Virus record (IMG/VR): IMGVR_UViG_3300044639_001193
Span: 35,751 to 99,750 of that record
DNA length: 64,000 nt
Source: a virus
Reading direction: 5' to 3' (one strand)
The stretch's first letter is position 1. Every line of letters starts with the position of its first letter. Both the position numbers and the translations under genes were made by a program. Below the pieces are notes generated by a model, which was not told the origin of the DNA, did no database searches, and saw only the letters and a program-made list of their open reading frames with translations. Positions 47,497-56,126 of this stretch are shown piece by piece.

Positions 47497-47576
47497 TGCA
47501 AGTTGAGTAGTAACAACTACTCACCACCACTTACTAATTGCTCATAACAATTAGTAAGCGATAGAAAGTATTTGCA
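47497..47576 (-). ncRNA. Candidate structured leader RNA (three-way junction)
   Basis: 17-bp stem with G-U pairs possible only on the minus strand; abutting 8-bp stem; 5-bp closing stem. Confidence 0.4.
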
Positions 47577-47952
47577 TACCTTTAATTTATTTTTTCTAAG
47601 TAGTAACGCCAATATATTTATGCAAGTGTTATGCAAGGCGAGAGTAAGAATTATTCTTACCGATAATCAGAACCCATACTCGTTCATAAGTTTTGCAAAA
47701 GAAGTTTGATTGTTGTTATCCAAACGAAAGTTTGCGGGCAATAGCAGACGATAAAAATATGTCACAAAATTATTTTTATTTAATTTGCAATTTAATTTGC
47801 AAAATAAAAATAATTTTTATTTTTATTTTCTGCCACTCGGTCGCGAGGCGAGGAGTTGCTGATAAGAGAATTGAACCATATCGGGGAACAAGGCGCAACT
47901 ACCCCCAAAGTGAGCGTGTTCTGAGCGTGAGTCGGGGGCAGAATTGACCCAA

Positions 47953-47995
47953 ACCGCCACCGCCACCGCAACCGCAACCGCCGTATCCGCCACCG
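47953..47995. repeat. ACCGC(C/A) hexamer tandem repeat
   Basis: Five tandem units plus a partial copy. Confidence 0.8.
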
Positions 47996-48024
47996 ACCTG
48001 AAGAAAAAAACAAAAATAAATACG

Positions 48025-48622
48025 CAAAAGATATTTAGTTAATGATAAATAAATACAAAAGATATTTAGTTAATAGTTAATTAACGACGGCGCATCTATT
48101 TTTATTGTTGTTTATTTATTTATTATTTAGCAAGTAATAGATAGGTAAATAAAGCGCATGAGTTCTTTCCTTTTATTTTGTAATGATTACTAATAGAGAT
48201 AGATACTAAAGAGATATAGATATAACTATTACCTTGTCACTTATCTTGTTGTTAGTTGTTAGTGCTTGCATAAGATAGTTGAACATAATAAGTAATACAC
48301 AATGCCTATGAAACATATTGTTAGTGATAGTTGTATAAACATAACAACATAACAAGTGAAACATATTGTTAATGATTAAGTGATAGATATAAATAAGTGA
48401 TAGATAAGTACCTGATAACAACAATGAAAGGTGCATGACAGGCTGGTGTTACAACTGCACGCAAGCAATAAATAAATAGCAGTAGCCAATAGTTAAAGTA
48501 ACTCACTATCAAAAGCACTATCAAACTATTTAATTGTTCTGATAACAACGCATAGATAGAACAATAAATACTTCTTTAAGAAACAAGTTGTAAGTGTAAT
48601 CGTGCAAACTAAATATCTTTTG
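48025..48622. repeat. CAAAAGATATTTAGTT, two direct copies and one inverted copy
   Basis: Direct at 48025 and 48056; inverted at 48607-48622. Confidence 0.8.
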
Positions 48623-48726
48623 GCACAAATGACCCCCACAGTTAAAGCGAATTACGCAGATGTCCCTCCAGGTTGGAGCCACGGTTGAGGGTGTGGGAGC
48701 AAGGCAGTAGCCGTAAAATCGCCATT

Positions 48727-48822
48727 ATGGACGATTTCTCCAGATGGACCTGCCAGACATGTGGAAAACGCTATGTGGTGCCTGGTTTGGCACGAGATTG
48801 CGAAGAACGTCACCTAGAATAG
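48727..48822 (+). CDS. Zinc-finger microprotein (31 aa)
   Basis: WTCQTCGKRYVVPGLARDCEERH; TAAAAT 7 nt before ATG. Confidence 0.55.
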   Translation: MDDFSRWTCQTCGKRYVVPGLARDCEERHLE

Positions 48823-48886
48823 TACCTCCCCTAAGTAATATCTTTTTTCTCAGTAAAAGTAAGGCAGTAGCCGCTACACTTGGGAA

Positions 48887-49111
48887 ATGCTAAGTAACGA
48901 AGAGTTTAAGGTCTATGACTTTGAGGCCGCTAAGAACATGAAGAAGCACACTGGTCGTGCCGTTGCTTGGCAGGTAGACCCAGGTGAGTATCATCCAGAG
49001 ACCAAGAAGCATGATGATGAGGCTATGGCTATTCATGACGAGCCAAAGAAGCCTGACTCTAAGTTAACTAAAGCCGCCAAGTTTATTGGCCTGATGGACC
49101 CACTGCCTTAA
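48887..49111 (+). CDS. Hypothetical protein, N-terminal MLSNEEF
   Basis: TACACT-N6-ATG. Confidence 0.6.
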   Translation: MLSNEEFKVYDFEAAKNMKKHTGRAVAWQVDPGEYHPETKKHDDEAMAIHDEPKKPDSKLTKAAKFIGLMDPLP

Positions 49112-49627
49112 ATGAGCGCTAGATACTCAGAGTTTTCTGATGCCAAAGGGCGTCACTACGTTGAACATGATATGCCAGAAGATATGGCGTACTCACACCC
49201 AATTCGTTCATACGGTGAGCCACGTCGTTTATCTGTATATGACCAATCTGACCCAACCCCACGCATCGTGACACCAGAAGGTGGCGGCATAGTTGAGCAC
49301 CCAAAGGGTGAACCAGGGCTAGTTGGTTACTCAGACTTCTATCGTGAAGAACCACGTAGCACTGTCACAAACATCTCAAGAGATGAACACGGCAATGAGG
49401 TACGTACTCCCGCTCCTCCTATTGCAGATACTAATATTGGCTACATGCACGTGCTAGACCGCCACGCAGGTGGAGGTATTGGGCGCCAGATGTTTGACTA
49501 TATGCACAAGACAACACCAGAAGGTTCAGTCTTAAACGTAGGAAGAGTTGCACACGATAAAACAGAGCACATGGCAAAGAAGTTACGTGAAGAAAAGCCC
49601 AACTCAGTACATTATAAGTTGTTCTAA
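49112..49627 (+). CDS. GNAT acetyltransferase-like protein
   Basis: LVGYSDF...IGYMHV...HAGGGIGRQMFDYM (acetyl-CoA motif A). Confidence 0.6.
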   Translation: MSARYSEFSDAKGRHYVEHDMPEDMAYSHPIRSYGEPRRLSVYDQSDPTPRIVTPEGGGIVEHPKGEPGLVGYSDFYREEPRSTVTNISRDEHGNEVRTPAPPIADTNIGYMHVLDRHAGGGIGRQMFDYMHKTTPEGSVLNVGRVAHDKTEHMAKKLREEKPNSVHYKLF

Positions 49628-50029
49628 ATGAGCGCTTCAGATAACTTATCGCCTAGTCAATTTGACTCTGCTAACATGAACTTTTTTCATGTGTCCCATA
49701 AATCAAACCGAGAAGGAATTTCAACCACAGGAATTGACCCAAAAAGTTCTAAAGGTAAAACAGAGTGGAAAGGAACCAAACAAAAACCCGTACCACAATT
49801 AGCCTGGTTTACTACAAAACAGAGTGCTGTACATGACACCTATCCAATGCCTAATTCGGATATCTGGCACTCCAGTGATGTTGGAGATTGGCGTGAAAAA
49901 GAAGAACAAGGAGGCCCTTACGCTGTATCTACCCGTAAGAAAGTTTCTCCATCAAAACTTACTCGTGTTGGTCATATCACTTCCGACAACCAAGTTCATT
50001 GGCATAAAGAAGAAGATTGCCCTAAATGA
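49628..50029 (+). CDS. ADP-ribosyltransferase/Tpt1-fold-like protein
   Basis: FFHVS...NREGI...GIDP, AWFTT, DIW. Confidence 0.5.
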   Translation: MSASDNLSPSQFDSANMNFFHVSHKSNREGISTTGIDPKSSKGKTEWKGTKQKPVPQLAWFTTKQSAVHDTYPMPNSDIWHSSDVGDWREKEEQGGPYAVSTRKKVSPSKLTRVGHITSDNQVHWHKEEDCPK

Positions 50030-50352
50030 GCGCTTCAGATAACTTATCATTAGAGCAATTACAGGAATGGGTTGCCAAATCCCAGGCTGAACTAAAACAA
50101 AGTCGTGCAGAAAATAGGGCAAGTCGCAAATCAGGCTCACCTACTACTCCATCTGATTGGACAAAAGAACACGACAAGGACACAAACGTCACATACCACG
50201 TTCATGGGCCTAGCGGAGCAAAGGTTTGGAATACTTACAATACCGCTCATAAGTGGCAGATAGAAGGTTCTAGCCTTCACGGAGAAATCTTTAAAACTGC
50301 GCAAGAAGCAAAGAGCCGTGTTGAGGCTCACCATCGGCGGTGGAACGAATGA
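50026..50352 (+). CDS. Hypothetical protein, N-terminal MSASDNLS
   Basis: ATGA coupling; F.T..EAK..VE. Confidence 0.65.
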   Translation: MSASDNLSLEQLQEWVAKSQAELKQSRAENRASRKSGSPTTPSDWTKEHDKDTNVTYHVHGPSGAKVWNTYNTAHKWQIEGSSLHGEIFKTAQEAKSRVEAHHRRWNE

Positions 50353-50948
50353 GCGCATCAGATAACTTAAGTAGTATGCAAATGTCTAAATGGCATCGTA
50401 AAGAGAAAATCTCATTTTTATCCCAAAACGATAAGGGTGGAGTGAGTGCTTCGCTATATCCTCCTTCTACCCACTTTTATCCACACCATGCTTATGACGA
50501 ACATGGTGTACCTACTTTGTTTGACCATTCTCACCTTCCTCCTTCAATAGATAACCTTTTTGCTCATGGACACTCTGGTGCGGATGTAGCAACTCACCTT
50601 GGGACTATGGCTCTTGAATCGTTGCATAGATACGGAGAGTTGCCTAGTACAGACGTCCGTACCAGCCTAAGCAAAGATAGTGTCAAGTTAGTAAACAAAG
50701 TCAATGAAAAAATGGGTAAAAAGCCTGAGTCTATTGACCCCTATAACCCTGCAACCAAAGAAGATGCAGTACACGAGGTTGAAGGCTCCAAACGAGTTCA
50801 TGCTCATTTAGGTGAGGAAAAAGACCCAAGACACTCCAAGATAGATGCTTCAACCGTTGGCTCAGGACGAGCACTGATGCGTGACATGCTTGTTCCTAAA
50901 AAGAACCTAAGCACCAAGCAGTTTAACCAACCAGAGTTGAATCTTTAA
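50349..50948 (+). CDS. Hypothetical protein, N-terminal MSASDNLS, C-terminal NLSTKQF
   Basis: ATGA coupling places the start at 50349. Confidence 0.65.
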   Translation: MSASDNLSSMQMSKWHRKEKISFLSQNDKGGVSASLYPPSTHFYPHHAYDEHGVPTLFDHSHLPPSIDNLFAHGHSGADVATHLGTMALESLHRYGELPSTDVRTSLSKDSVKLVNKVNEKMGKKPESIDPYNPATKEDAVHEVEGSKRVHAHLGEEKDPRHSKIDASTVGSGRALMRDMLVPKKNLSTKQFNQPELNL

Positions 50949-50974
50949 TGGCTGCGCCCTGATAGAGTGGGGCT

Positions 50975-51106
50975 ATGAATATAAAAGCAGGATGGGGCAA
51001 GTGGGACTCTTGGGGTTTCGGCATATCTTATTGTCACTACGATAATTCACTAACAATTAATTTCATACACTGGTATGCATACGTAGAGATATGGACAAAA
51101 CACTAA
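50975..51106 (+). CDS. Aromatic-rich microprotein (43 aa)
   Basis: TGA-TAGAGT-N6-ATG; TAATG coupling to the next gene. Confidence 0.5.
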   Translation: MNIKAGWGKWDSWGFGISYCHYDNSLTINFIHWYAYVEIWTKH

Positions 51107-51318
51107 TGTGGTCTTGGGTATTAGCCGTAATCGGTGTAGCAGGTATCTACTTTGTTGGGCGCAAGACTATTTGGGGTTGGTTAATACTCTGCGCCAATGA
51201 AGTCTTATGGATTACCTATGCAATTATCACAGAACAATATGGTTTTATATTCTCCGCCATTGCTTATGCCGCAGTTTACATTAAGTCATTCATCCACTGG
51301 AAGAGAGAAGAAGCATGA
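51106..51318 (+). CDS. Small membrane protein, PnuC-like half transporter
   Basis: WGW......LWI.YA....QYGF; 3 helices. Confidence 0.55.
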   Translation: MWSWVLAVIGVAGIYFVGRKTIWGWLILCANEVLWITYAIITEQYGFIFSAIAYAAVYIKSFIHWKREEA

Positions 51319-51444
51319 AGATACCTAAGAACACTGCAAGTGAGTATCACGAGTTAAAGAAATTAAAGAAACAAGTAACACAGAAAGTTAAGAAAGATAC
51401 TCGTGGGACATTGACCGACCCATCAGCCCATCCAAAGGGTAAGA

Positions 51445-51630
51445 ATGAAACTAGGTAATTACGAACTTCGTAAGCCATGGGTGAAGATGGTTGACCTGCC
51501 CATTGAGGCAGAGTTGTACATTGCCATTCGCAAATCAGTTTTAGATGATGTGATGAAGGAGTTTCACGATGCTGCTAATCGTGTACTAGAACTTAACGAG
51601 GAACGTGTTAAGGAGCACTATGCTAAATAA
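51445..51630 (+). CDS. Hypothetical protein
   Basis: 61-aa ORF. Confidence 0.5.
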   Translation: MKLGNYELRKPWVKMVDLPIEAELYIAIRKSVLDDVMKEFHDAANRVLELNEERVKEHYAK

Positions 51631-51765
51631 CATTTGGCTAGGGATACTCATTGGCATTGTGATAGGTAGAGGTTTTGACCTATGGGTAGATATTAGAGAC
51701 AGAAGAGCGGTTACTGAGGAAAAAAGCACCGCCAGCGTTTTGCCAACGGCAGAGGGAGATGGGCA

Positions 51766-52179
51766 ATGATAAAACAATCACAGCATAAAATTAATGGCAA
51801 GATTAACGAGCAGTTTAAAAATCATTTAGAACAAGAGGGTTGGACGACCACCACCTATCCAGATTACAACCACCTCAAAGAAGAGCACGCCAAAAAGAGA
51901 GAAGTACTTAATAAAAATGTAAAGACCTTTGGTAACTCAGTTACACTTGCCGCTCCCATGGTCGTGCAAGATGGGGCCGTCGCAATTGCCTATGAAAACG
52001 TGCTCAAAGATTATTTTAACGCAAAGGTAAAAAACTTTCCGCTCTGGTCAGGTTTGCCCGACATTACCGTTAAGCCACAACCCAATTTAGATATGATGAT
52101 TTCTTGGCACGTGAATGTTCCCAAGCATTTAGTGATTAACCCTGATGACTTGCTGGAAGAAGACCTCTGGAACTCATGA
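51766..52179 (+). CDS. Hypothetical protein
   Basis: GAGGGAG RBS. Confidence 0.55.
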   Translation: MIKQSQHKINGKINEQFKNHLEQEGWTTTTYPDYNHLKEEHAKKREVLNKNVKTFGNSVTLAAPMVVQDGAVAIAYENVLKDYFNAKVKNFPLWSGLPDITVKPQPNLDMMISWHVNVPKHLVINPDDLLEEDLWNS

Positions 52180-52655
52180 CATTTGATTATCACGCCGCTA
52201 TGACGCAGGGGCACTCCTACAACGAGATGGTTGCCCAAAGGCTCCAAGGTGAGAAAATCGGGTGCGAGGTTCCTGAGTTAGAGTTGGTCTCTACTAAAGA
52301 AGAGATACAGCGCATGACCGAGAACGAGAAAGACATCATCTTAGATAACGGCCTCATCCTTGAGGTGAAGTCACGTAACTTAGGTTTCTCAGAGGACCCA
52401 GCGCTGTTCTGGCAGAAAGATATCTATGTAGATACCGTCTCAGGTTATGAGGCTAAGAAGGTAAAGCCATACGCCTATGTGATGGTTAGCCAGAAGTCAG
52501 GCAACATGCTAGTTGTCCACTCCAACACCAAAGATAAGTGGTTTAAGAAAACTGTCACTGACCCTTACCGCAAAGTCACCGATGTCTTCTACAAGATTGA
52601 ACGGCAACACCTGATAACTTGGGCATCGCTTGTTGAGGATTTAAAAGCCAAGTAA
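52176..52655 (+). CDS. PD-(D/E)XK nuclease-like protein
   Basis: EKDI......LEVKSR. Confidence 0.6.
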   Translation: MTFDYHAAMTQGHSYNEMVAQRLQGEKIGCEVPELELVSTKEEIQRMTENEKDIILDNGLILEVKSRNLGFSEDPALFWQKDIYVDTVSGYEAKKVKPYAYVMVSQKSGNMLVVHSNTKDKWFKKTVTDPYRKVTDVFYKIERQHLITWASLVEDLKAK

Positions 52656-52670
52656 TGGCACAATACTCAC

Positions 52671-52886
52671 ATGGCCCGTCAAAAAGTTCCAGGTACTGAT
52701 ATCAACAAGCCTATTAAGGCTGAGACAAACTTGCCCAATAAAAGCAAGATGACCCCTGAGAAGGTAGCAGAACAACAGAACCTTCTTAAGAAGTTAAAGA
52801 CTCCTTCAAGCAAAAAGGTTAAAAAGGGTGCTATGACTAAGAAGGCTAATACCAATAACCCGAACAGGAAACCAAAGAATGGCTAA
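52671..52886 (+). CDS. Lys-rich protein
   Basis: TGG-CACAAT-N6-ATG. Confidence 0.55.
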   Translation: MARQKVPGTDINKPIKAETNLPNKSKMTPEKVAEQQNLLKKLKTPSSKKVKKGAMTKKANTNNPNRKPKNG

Positions 52887-52986
52887 TTGCATTAAGTGTG
52901 AGCATTCTATGTACCTCAATGTTTGTTTGGAAGATACTTGTAAGTGCATCTGTGAGTCTGACAACTCCTACGAAAGCCAATCATGA
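52879..52986 (+). CDS. Cys-rich microprotein (35 aa)
   Basis: CIKCEH......C....CKC.C; overlaps both neighbours. Confidence 0.45.
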   Translation: MANCIKCEHSMYLNVCLEDTCKCICESDNSYESQS

Positions 52987-53252
52987 CAGTTAAGGCATAC
53001 GGCCCTTACGCCGATAAATCCAAAGATGGTCGTAAGAAGATGACCATCGTTGATAACAAGACTGGTAAACATACTTCTACTAATGCTGCTCGTTACAAGA
53101 AAGAAAAAGCATTGGGGCGCAAACTGCCAAAGAACGTGGACGTTGACCACGCAGATAACAACAAGCACCACGACGGTGCAAAGAATTTAAAAGTTATGAG
53201 CCACTCCGACAATGTTGCTAAGGGCAACAAGCATCGGACAAAGAAAAAATGA
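52983..53252 (+). CDS. HNH endonuclease-like protein
   Basis: LGRKL....DVDH.DNNK......NL..MS.S.N. Confidence 0.7.
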   Translation: MTVKAYGPYADKSKDGRKKMTIVDNKTGKHTSTNAARYKKEKALGRKLPKNVDVDHADNNKHHDGAKNLKVMSHSDNVAKGNKHRTKKK

Positions 53253-53533
53253 GCAAACTAACTAACCCTCAGCAATTTGGCAGTTCTATGAATGCTCATG
53301 AGATTCTAGAGTCTGTTGAGATGGCGCCAGGTAAAGACTTGAACGAGGTAAGCGCTGCAGCGTGGGCATCAGGTTTAGGGTCTAGTATTCAAAAGCATTG
53401 GATTACTGAACCACTAACCATTTGGCACGAGAAAGAGCGGGCTAGACTTGCTGATGGTCATCACCGTCTTGCAGTTGCTCACGATATTGACCCAGCAAAA
53501 CCAATGCCAGTTCGTCACCAGTACAAAGACTAA
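53249..53533 (+). CDS. ParB/Srx N-terminal domain protein
   Basis: L..SI......EPL....LADGHHRLAVA. Confidence 0.7.
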   Translation: MSKLTNPQQFGSSMNAHEILESVEMAPGKDLNEVSAAAWASGLGSSIQKHWITEPLTIWHEKERARLADGHHRLAVAHDIDPAKPMPVRHQYKD

Positions 53534-53549
53534 AGAAAGAAGAGAATAA

Positions 53550-53861
53550 ATGGCTGACTATCACGAAGACCCACAGTACTTAGCGCATGAGACCGCCTAC
53601 ATGAAACTTCATCCTATAGGTAACGAAAGGGTTGGAAAAGGAATGGGTCCTCAGCACCCGTCAGCCATTCACCAACATTTAGCAAACGATTACGGCGGAG
53701 TACGAACTGCTAATCACGTTCGTGGAGATATACGTCATGGACTTAATATGTTAAAAGAAAGTGGAGTCACTAAACATGGCGGTATGCTAACTGCAGAAGA
53801 TATGGGACATAGTGCTCGTGCACACCTGTACTTGGAAGCACAATCTAAACTTAAAAAGTAA
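53550..53861 (+). CDS. Hypothetical protein
   Basis: 103-aa ORF. Confidence 0.55.
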   Translation: MADYHEDPQYLAHETAYMKLHPIGNERVGKGMGPQHPSAIHQHLANDYGGVRTANHVRGDIRHGLNMLKESGVTKHGGMLTAEDMGHSARAHLYLEAQSKLKK

Positions 53862-53885
53862 ATAATCTTAAGAAAGGTAAAACCC

Positions 53886-54629
53886 ATGGCTGAACAAGGA
53901 ACAGCAGCAGCAATCATTGAAGTTGCTAAAAAAGAATTGGGCGTTATTGAAGGCCCTAAAGATAATGAGACAAAGTACGGCAAGTTTACAAAAGCCAACT
54001 TCCTACCGTGGTGTGGTTCCTTTGTTATGTGGTGTGCTAAAGAAGCAGGCGTAAAAGTTCCTAACACAGTGTCTACTGTGGCTGGTGCTGGCGCTTTTAA
54101 AAAGATGAAGACTTGGTTTGACGCAGACTGCGGGCAGTCACCACAACCAGGAGATATCTTGTATTTTGATTTCCCAGGAGACGGTGTAGACCGTATCTCA
54201 CATGTTGGTATTTGCACAGGCGTTGATTCTGATGGCGTTGTAACCGCCATTGAGGGAAACACTTCTGGCAAGAAGAGAGGTGACCAACGGAATGGTGGCG
54301 AAGTTTGCGCCCAAGTGCGTGCCTACAAGCCCAACAAAAAGAAAGTTTTAGTCTCTATCGTAGGTTGGGGTCGCCCTAACTATAAGGGCAACGAGGTTGA
54401 GGCTGAGGTACCTGTCTCAGACGCTCCAGCCTTCCCAGGCAAGATTAAACCTGGTGACAAGGGTGAATCTGTCAAGATTGTACAGACGGCTCTAGGATTG
54501 GCTGCAGACGGCGATTACGGCCCAGCAACCAAGAAAGCAGTTGTTGCATTTCAAGACAATAACGACCTAGTGGACTCAAACGGCATCATCGGCCCTAAAA
54601 CATGGGCAGAACTGGTCAAATTGCTCTAA
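53886..54629 (+). CDS. Endolysin (CHAP + peptidoglycan-binding domain)
   Basis: PWCGSFVMW, PQPGDI..FD, HVGI, IEGNT; ADG.YGP.T..AV..FQ...GIIGPKTW. Confidence 0.9.
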   Translation: MAEQGTAAAIIEVAKKELGVIEGPKDNETKYGKFTKANFLPWCGSFVMWCAKEAGVKVPNTVSTVAGAGAFKKMKTWFDADCGQSPQPGDILYFDFPGDGVDRISHVGICTGVDSDGVVTAIEGNTSGKKRGDQRNGGEVCAQVRAYKPNKKKVLVSIVGWGRPNYKGNEVEAEVPVSDAPAFPGKIKPGDKGESVKIVQTALGLAADGDYGPATKKAVVAFQDNNDLVDSNGIIGPKTWAELVKLL

Positions 54630-54643
54630 TCGGACATTACACA

Positions 54644-54678
54644 ATAACCCCCTTAGACCTGATAGGCTAGGGGGGTTA
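54644..54678 (+). terminator. Stem-loop after endolysin, containing an extended -10 (TGA-TAGGCT)
   Basis: ATAACCCCCT...AGGGGGTTAT. Confidence 0.55.
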
Positions 54679-54695
54679 TCTGTGAAGGAGCAGTC

Positions 54696-55244
54696 ATGAC
54701 CACAATAGTTGCGGTTCAATACAACGATAAATGCGTTATTGCTGCTGATAACCAGGTTACTGGTGACGGCGGACGTCGTTACAACCATCCTGATATGAAA
54801 AAGATTTCACAACGTGGGGCTTTCCTTGTTGCAGGCAGTGGTGAAGTTCAACCCTGCGATGTTGTTCAACACTTTTGGGTTCCACCAAAACTAACAATTA
54901 AAGAGTCTGAAGACATTTATCACTTCATGATTACCAAAGCAATGCCTTCTCTTAGAAAATGCTTAACTGATAATGGTTATGATTTCAATGAAGGTAAGGG
55001 TGAAGGAAAAGCGGAAGAAAACCGTTTTAGTTTCATTATGGCTGTTGGTGGAGAACTATTTGATATTGGGGATGACTTATCTGTAATTCGTTCAGGAAGT
55101 GGAATTTACGGAGTGGGTTCTGGGGCTGATTACGCAATGGGCGCCCTATACGCAGGAGCAACTCCAGAAAAAGCCGTAGAGATTGCGGCTAAATTAGATG
55201 TGAATACATCAGGGCCTGTACAGGTTGTGGAACAATACAAGTAA
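54696..55244 (+). CDS. HslV/proteasome-beta-like Ntn threonine peptidase
   Basis: MTTIVAV, AAD.QVT, K(K)I, AGSG, GVGSG..YA.GAL, A...D..T. Confidence 0.85.
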   Translation: MTTIVAVQYNDKCVIAADNQVTGDGGRRYNHPDMKKISQRGAFLVAGSGEVQPCDVVQHFWVPPKLTIKESEDIYHFMITKAMPSLRKCLTDNGYDFNEGKGEGKAEENRFSFIMAVGGELFDIGDDLSVIRSGSGIYGVGSGADYAMGALYAGATPEKAVEIAAKLDVNTSGPVQVVEQYK

Positions 55245-55261
55245 CCTGATAGGGTTAGAAC

Positions 55262-55576
55262 ATGGACAAAATACTTTACAAATCAAACAAAGAAAAGAAG
55301 CGCCTCTCTAGAGCGCTGGAACAAGAGCAGTTTCTAGAAGAAAAGAAGACAGAGCCATTCCTAAAAGCATGGGAAGAGGCACAAGTAAAAGCGGCGACTA
55401 TTCAGTCAGCCCTAGATTATGCGGTTGAACAATACAGCCAGCACAAAGATGAATTGGAAGAGAAAGTGCAAAAAGAAATAGAAGAACAGATTAGTTTACG
55501 ACAAGAAGAGATTAAAGATTTCCTTATGACAGAAAAAGAACGTTACTTAGCCAGTATTGGCATTTTAGAAGACTGA
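55262..55576 (+). CDS. Coiled-coil hypothetical protein
   Basis: TGA-TAGGGT-N6-ATG. Confidence 0.6.
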   Translation: MDKILYKSNKEKKRLSRALEQEQFLEEKKTEPFLKAWEEAQVKAATIQSALDYAVEQYSQHKDELEEKVQKEIEEQISLRQEEIKDFLMTEKERYLASIGILED

Positions 55577-55590
55577 TAATAGGTATCTAA

Positions 55591-55953
55591 TTGAGGGGGA
55601 AAGAGAACGGTATGAGGAATCTTATGAAAAGTTTAAACAATGTGCTAATGCGTATTGTGGCAGTTTTTGCTGCCAGTGGTTTAAGTGTTATTGGTGCTGG
55701 TGCAATTGCTGGTATCTCAACTGTTAAGGCTGTAACAGTTGCAGGGTTAACAGCAGTTGCTGCTGTTATTGAGAAGTTGGCTCGTGCTTTTATGGACGAT
55801 GGAAAACTAACTCTAGACGAAATCAACGCAGCGTTTTCAACCGTTGATAAAGGCGCAAAGACTGTGGCAGATGTAGAAGTAGAAGAACGTCAAGCAAAGG
55901 CTAAAACAGCAAAAACTGTTCCTGCTAAAGAAGACGACCCAGACTACAACTAA
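55591..55953 (+). CDS. Holin-like membrane protein
   Basis: Two hydrophobic helices; DDGKLT.DEINAAF; near the endolysin. Confidence 0.5.
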   Translation: MRGKENGMRNLMKSLNNVLMRIVAVFAASGLSVIGAGAIAGISTVKAVTVAGLTAVAAVIEKLARAFMDDGKLTLDEINAAFSTVDKGAKTVADVEVEERQAKAKTAKTVPAKEDDPDYN

Positions 55954-56126
55954 TTTCCAGTTTTATAAAAACCTGAGCCTTTAAACTGAAGGCCAAAAGG
56001 TGTAAAGACACGTTGAAGAGCGTAGCCGCACGTATCGCAGACATAATTAGGTTCTGCGTCGTGAATGCTACGCTCTTTCTCGTAGTCTAAGTCACACTGT
56101 ATACAAGCGTATTCGTACTTTGGCAT
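55950..56126 (-). CDS. FmdB-family zinc-ribbon protein (58 aa)
   Basis: MPKYEYAC..C...C..CG....RV......FKGSGFY.T. Confidence 0.8.
   Translation of the reverse strand: MPKYEYACIQCDLDYEKERSIHDAEPNYVCDTCGYALQRVFTPFGLQFKGSGFYKTGN

Larger units (their letters stand above)
47458..48726. other. AT-rich non-coding control region between divergent blocks
   Basis: No credible ORF; multiple direct and inverted repeats. Confidence 0.75.

Noticed and set aside
47458-48726. ORFs 47693, 47792 and 48206; hammerhead ribozyme or tRNA
   Set aside because: Low-complexity translations without RBS; no CUGANGA/GAAA core or cloverleaf
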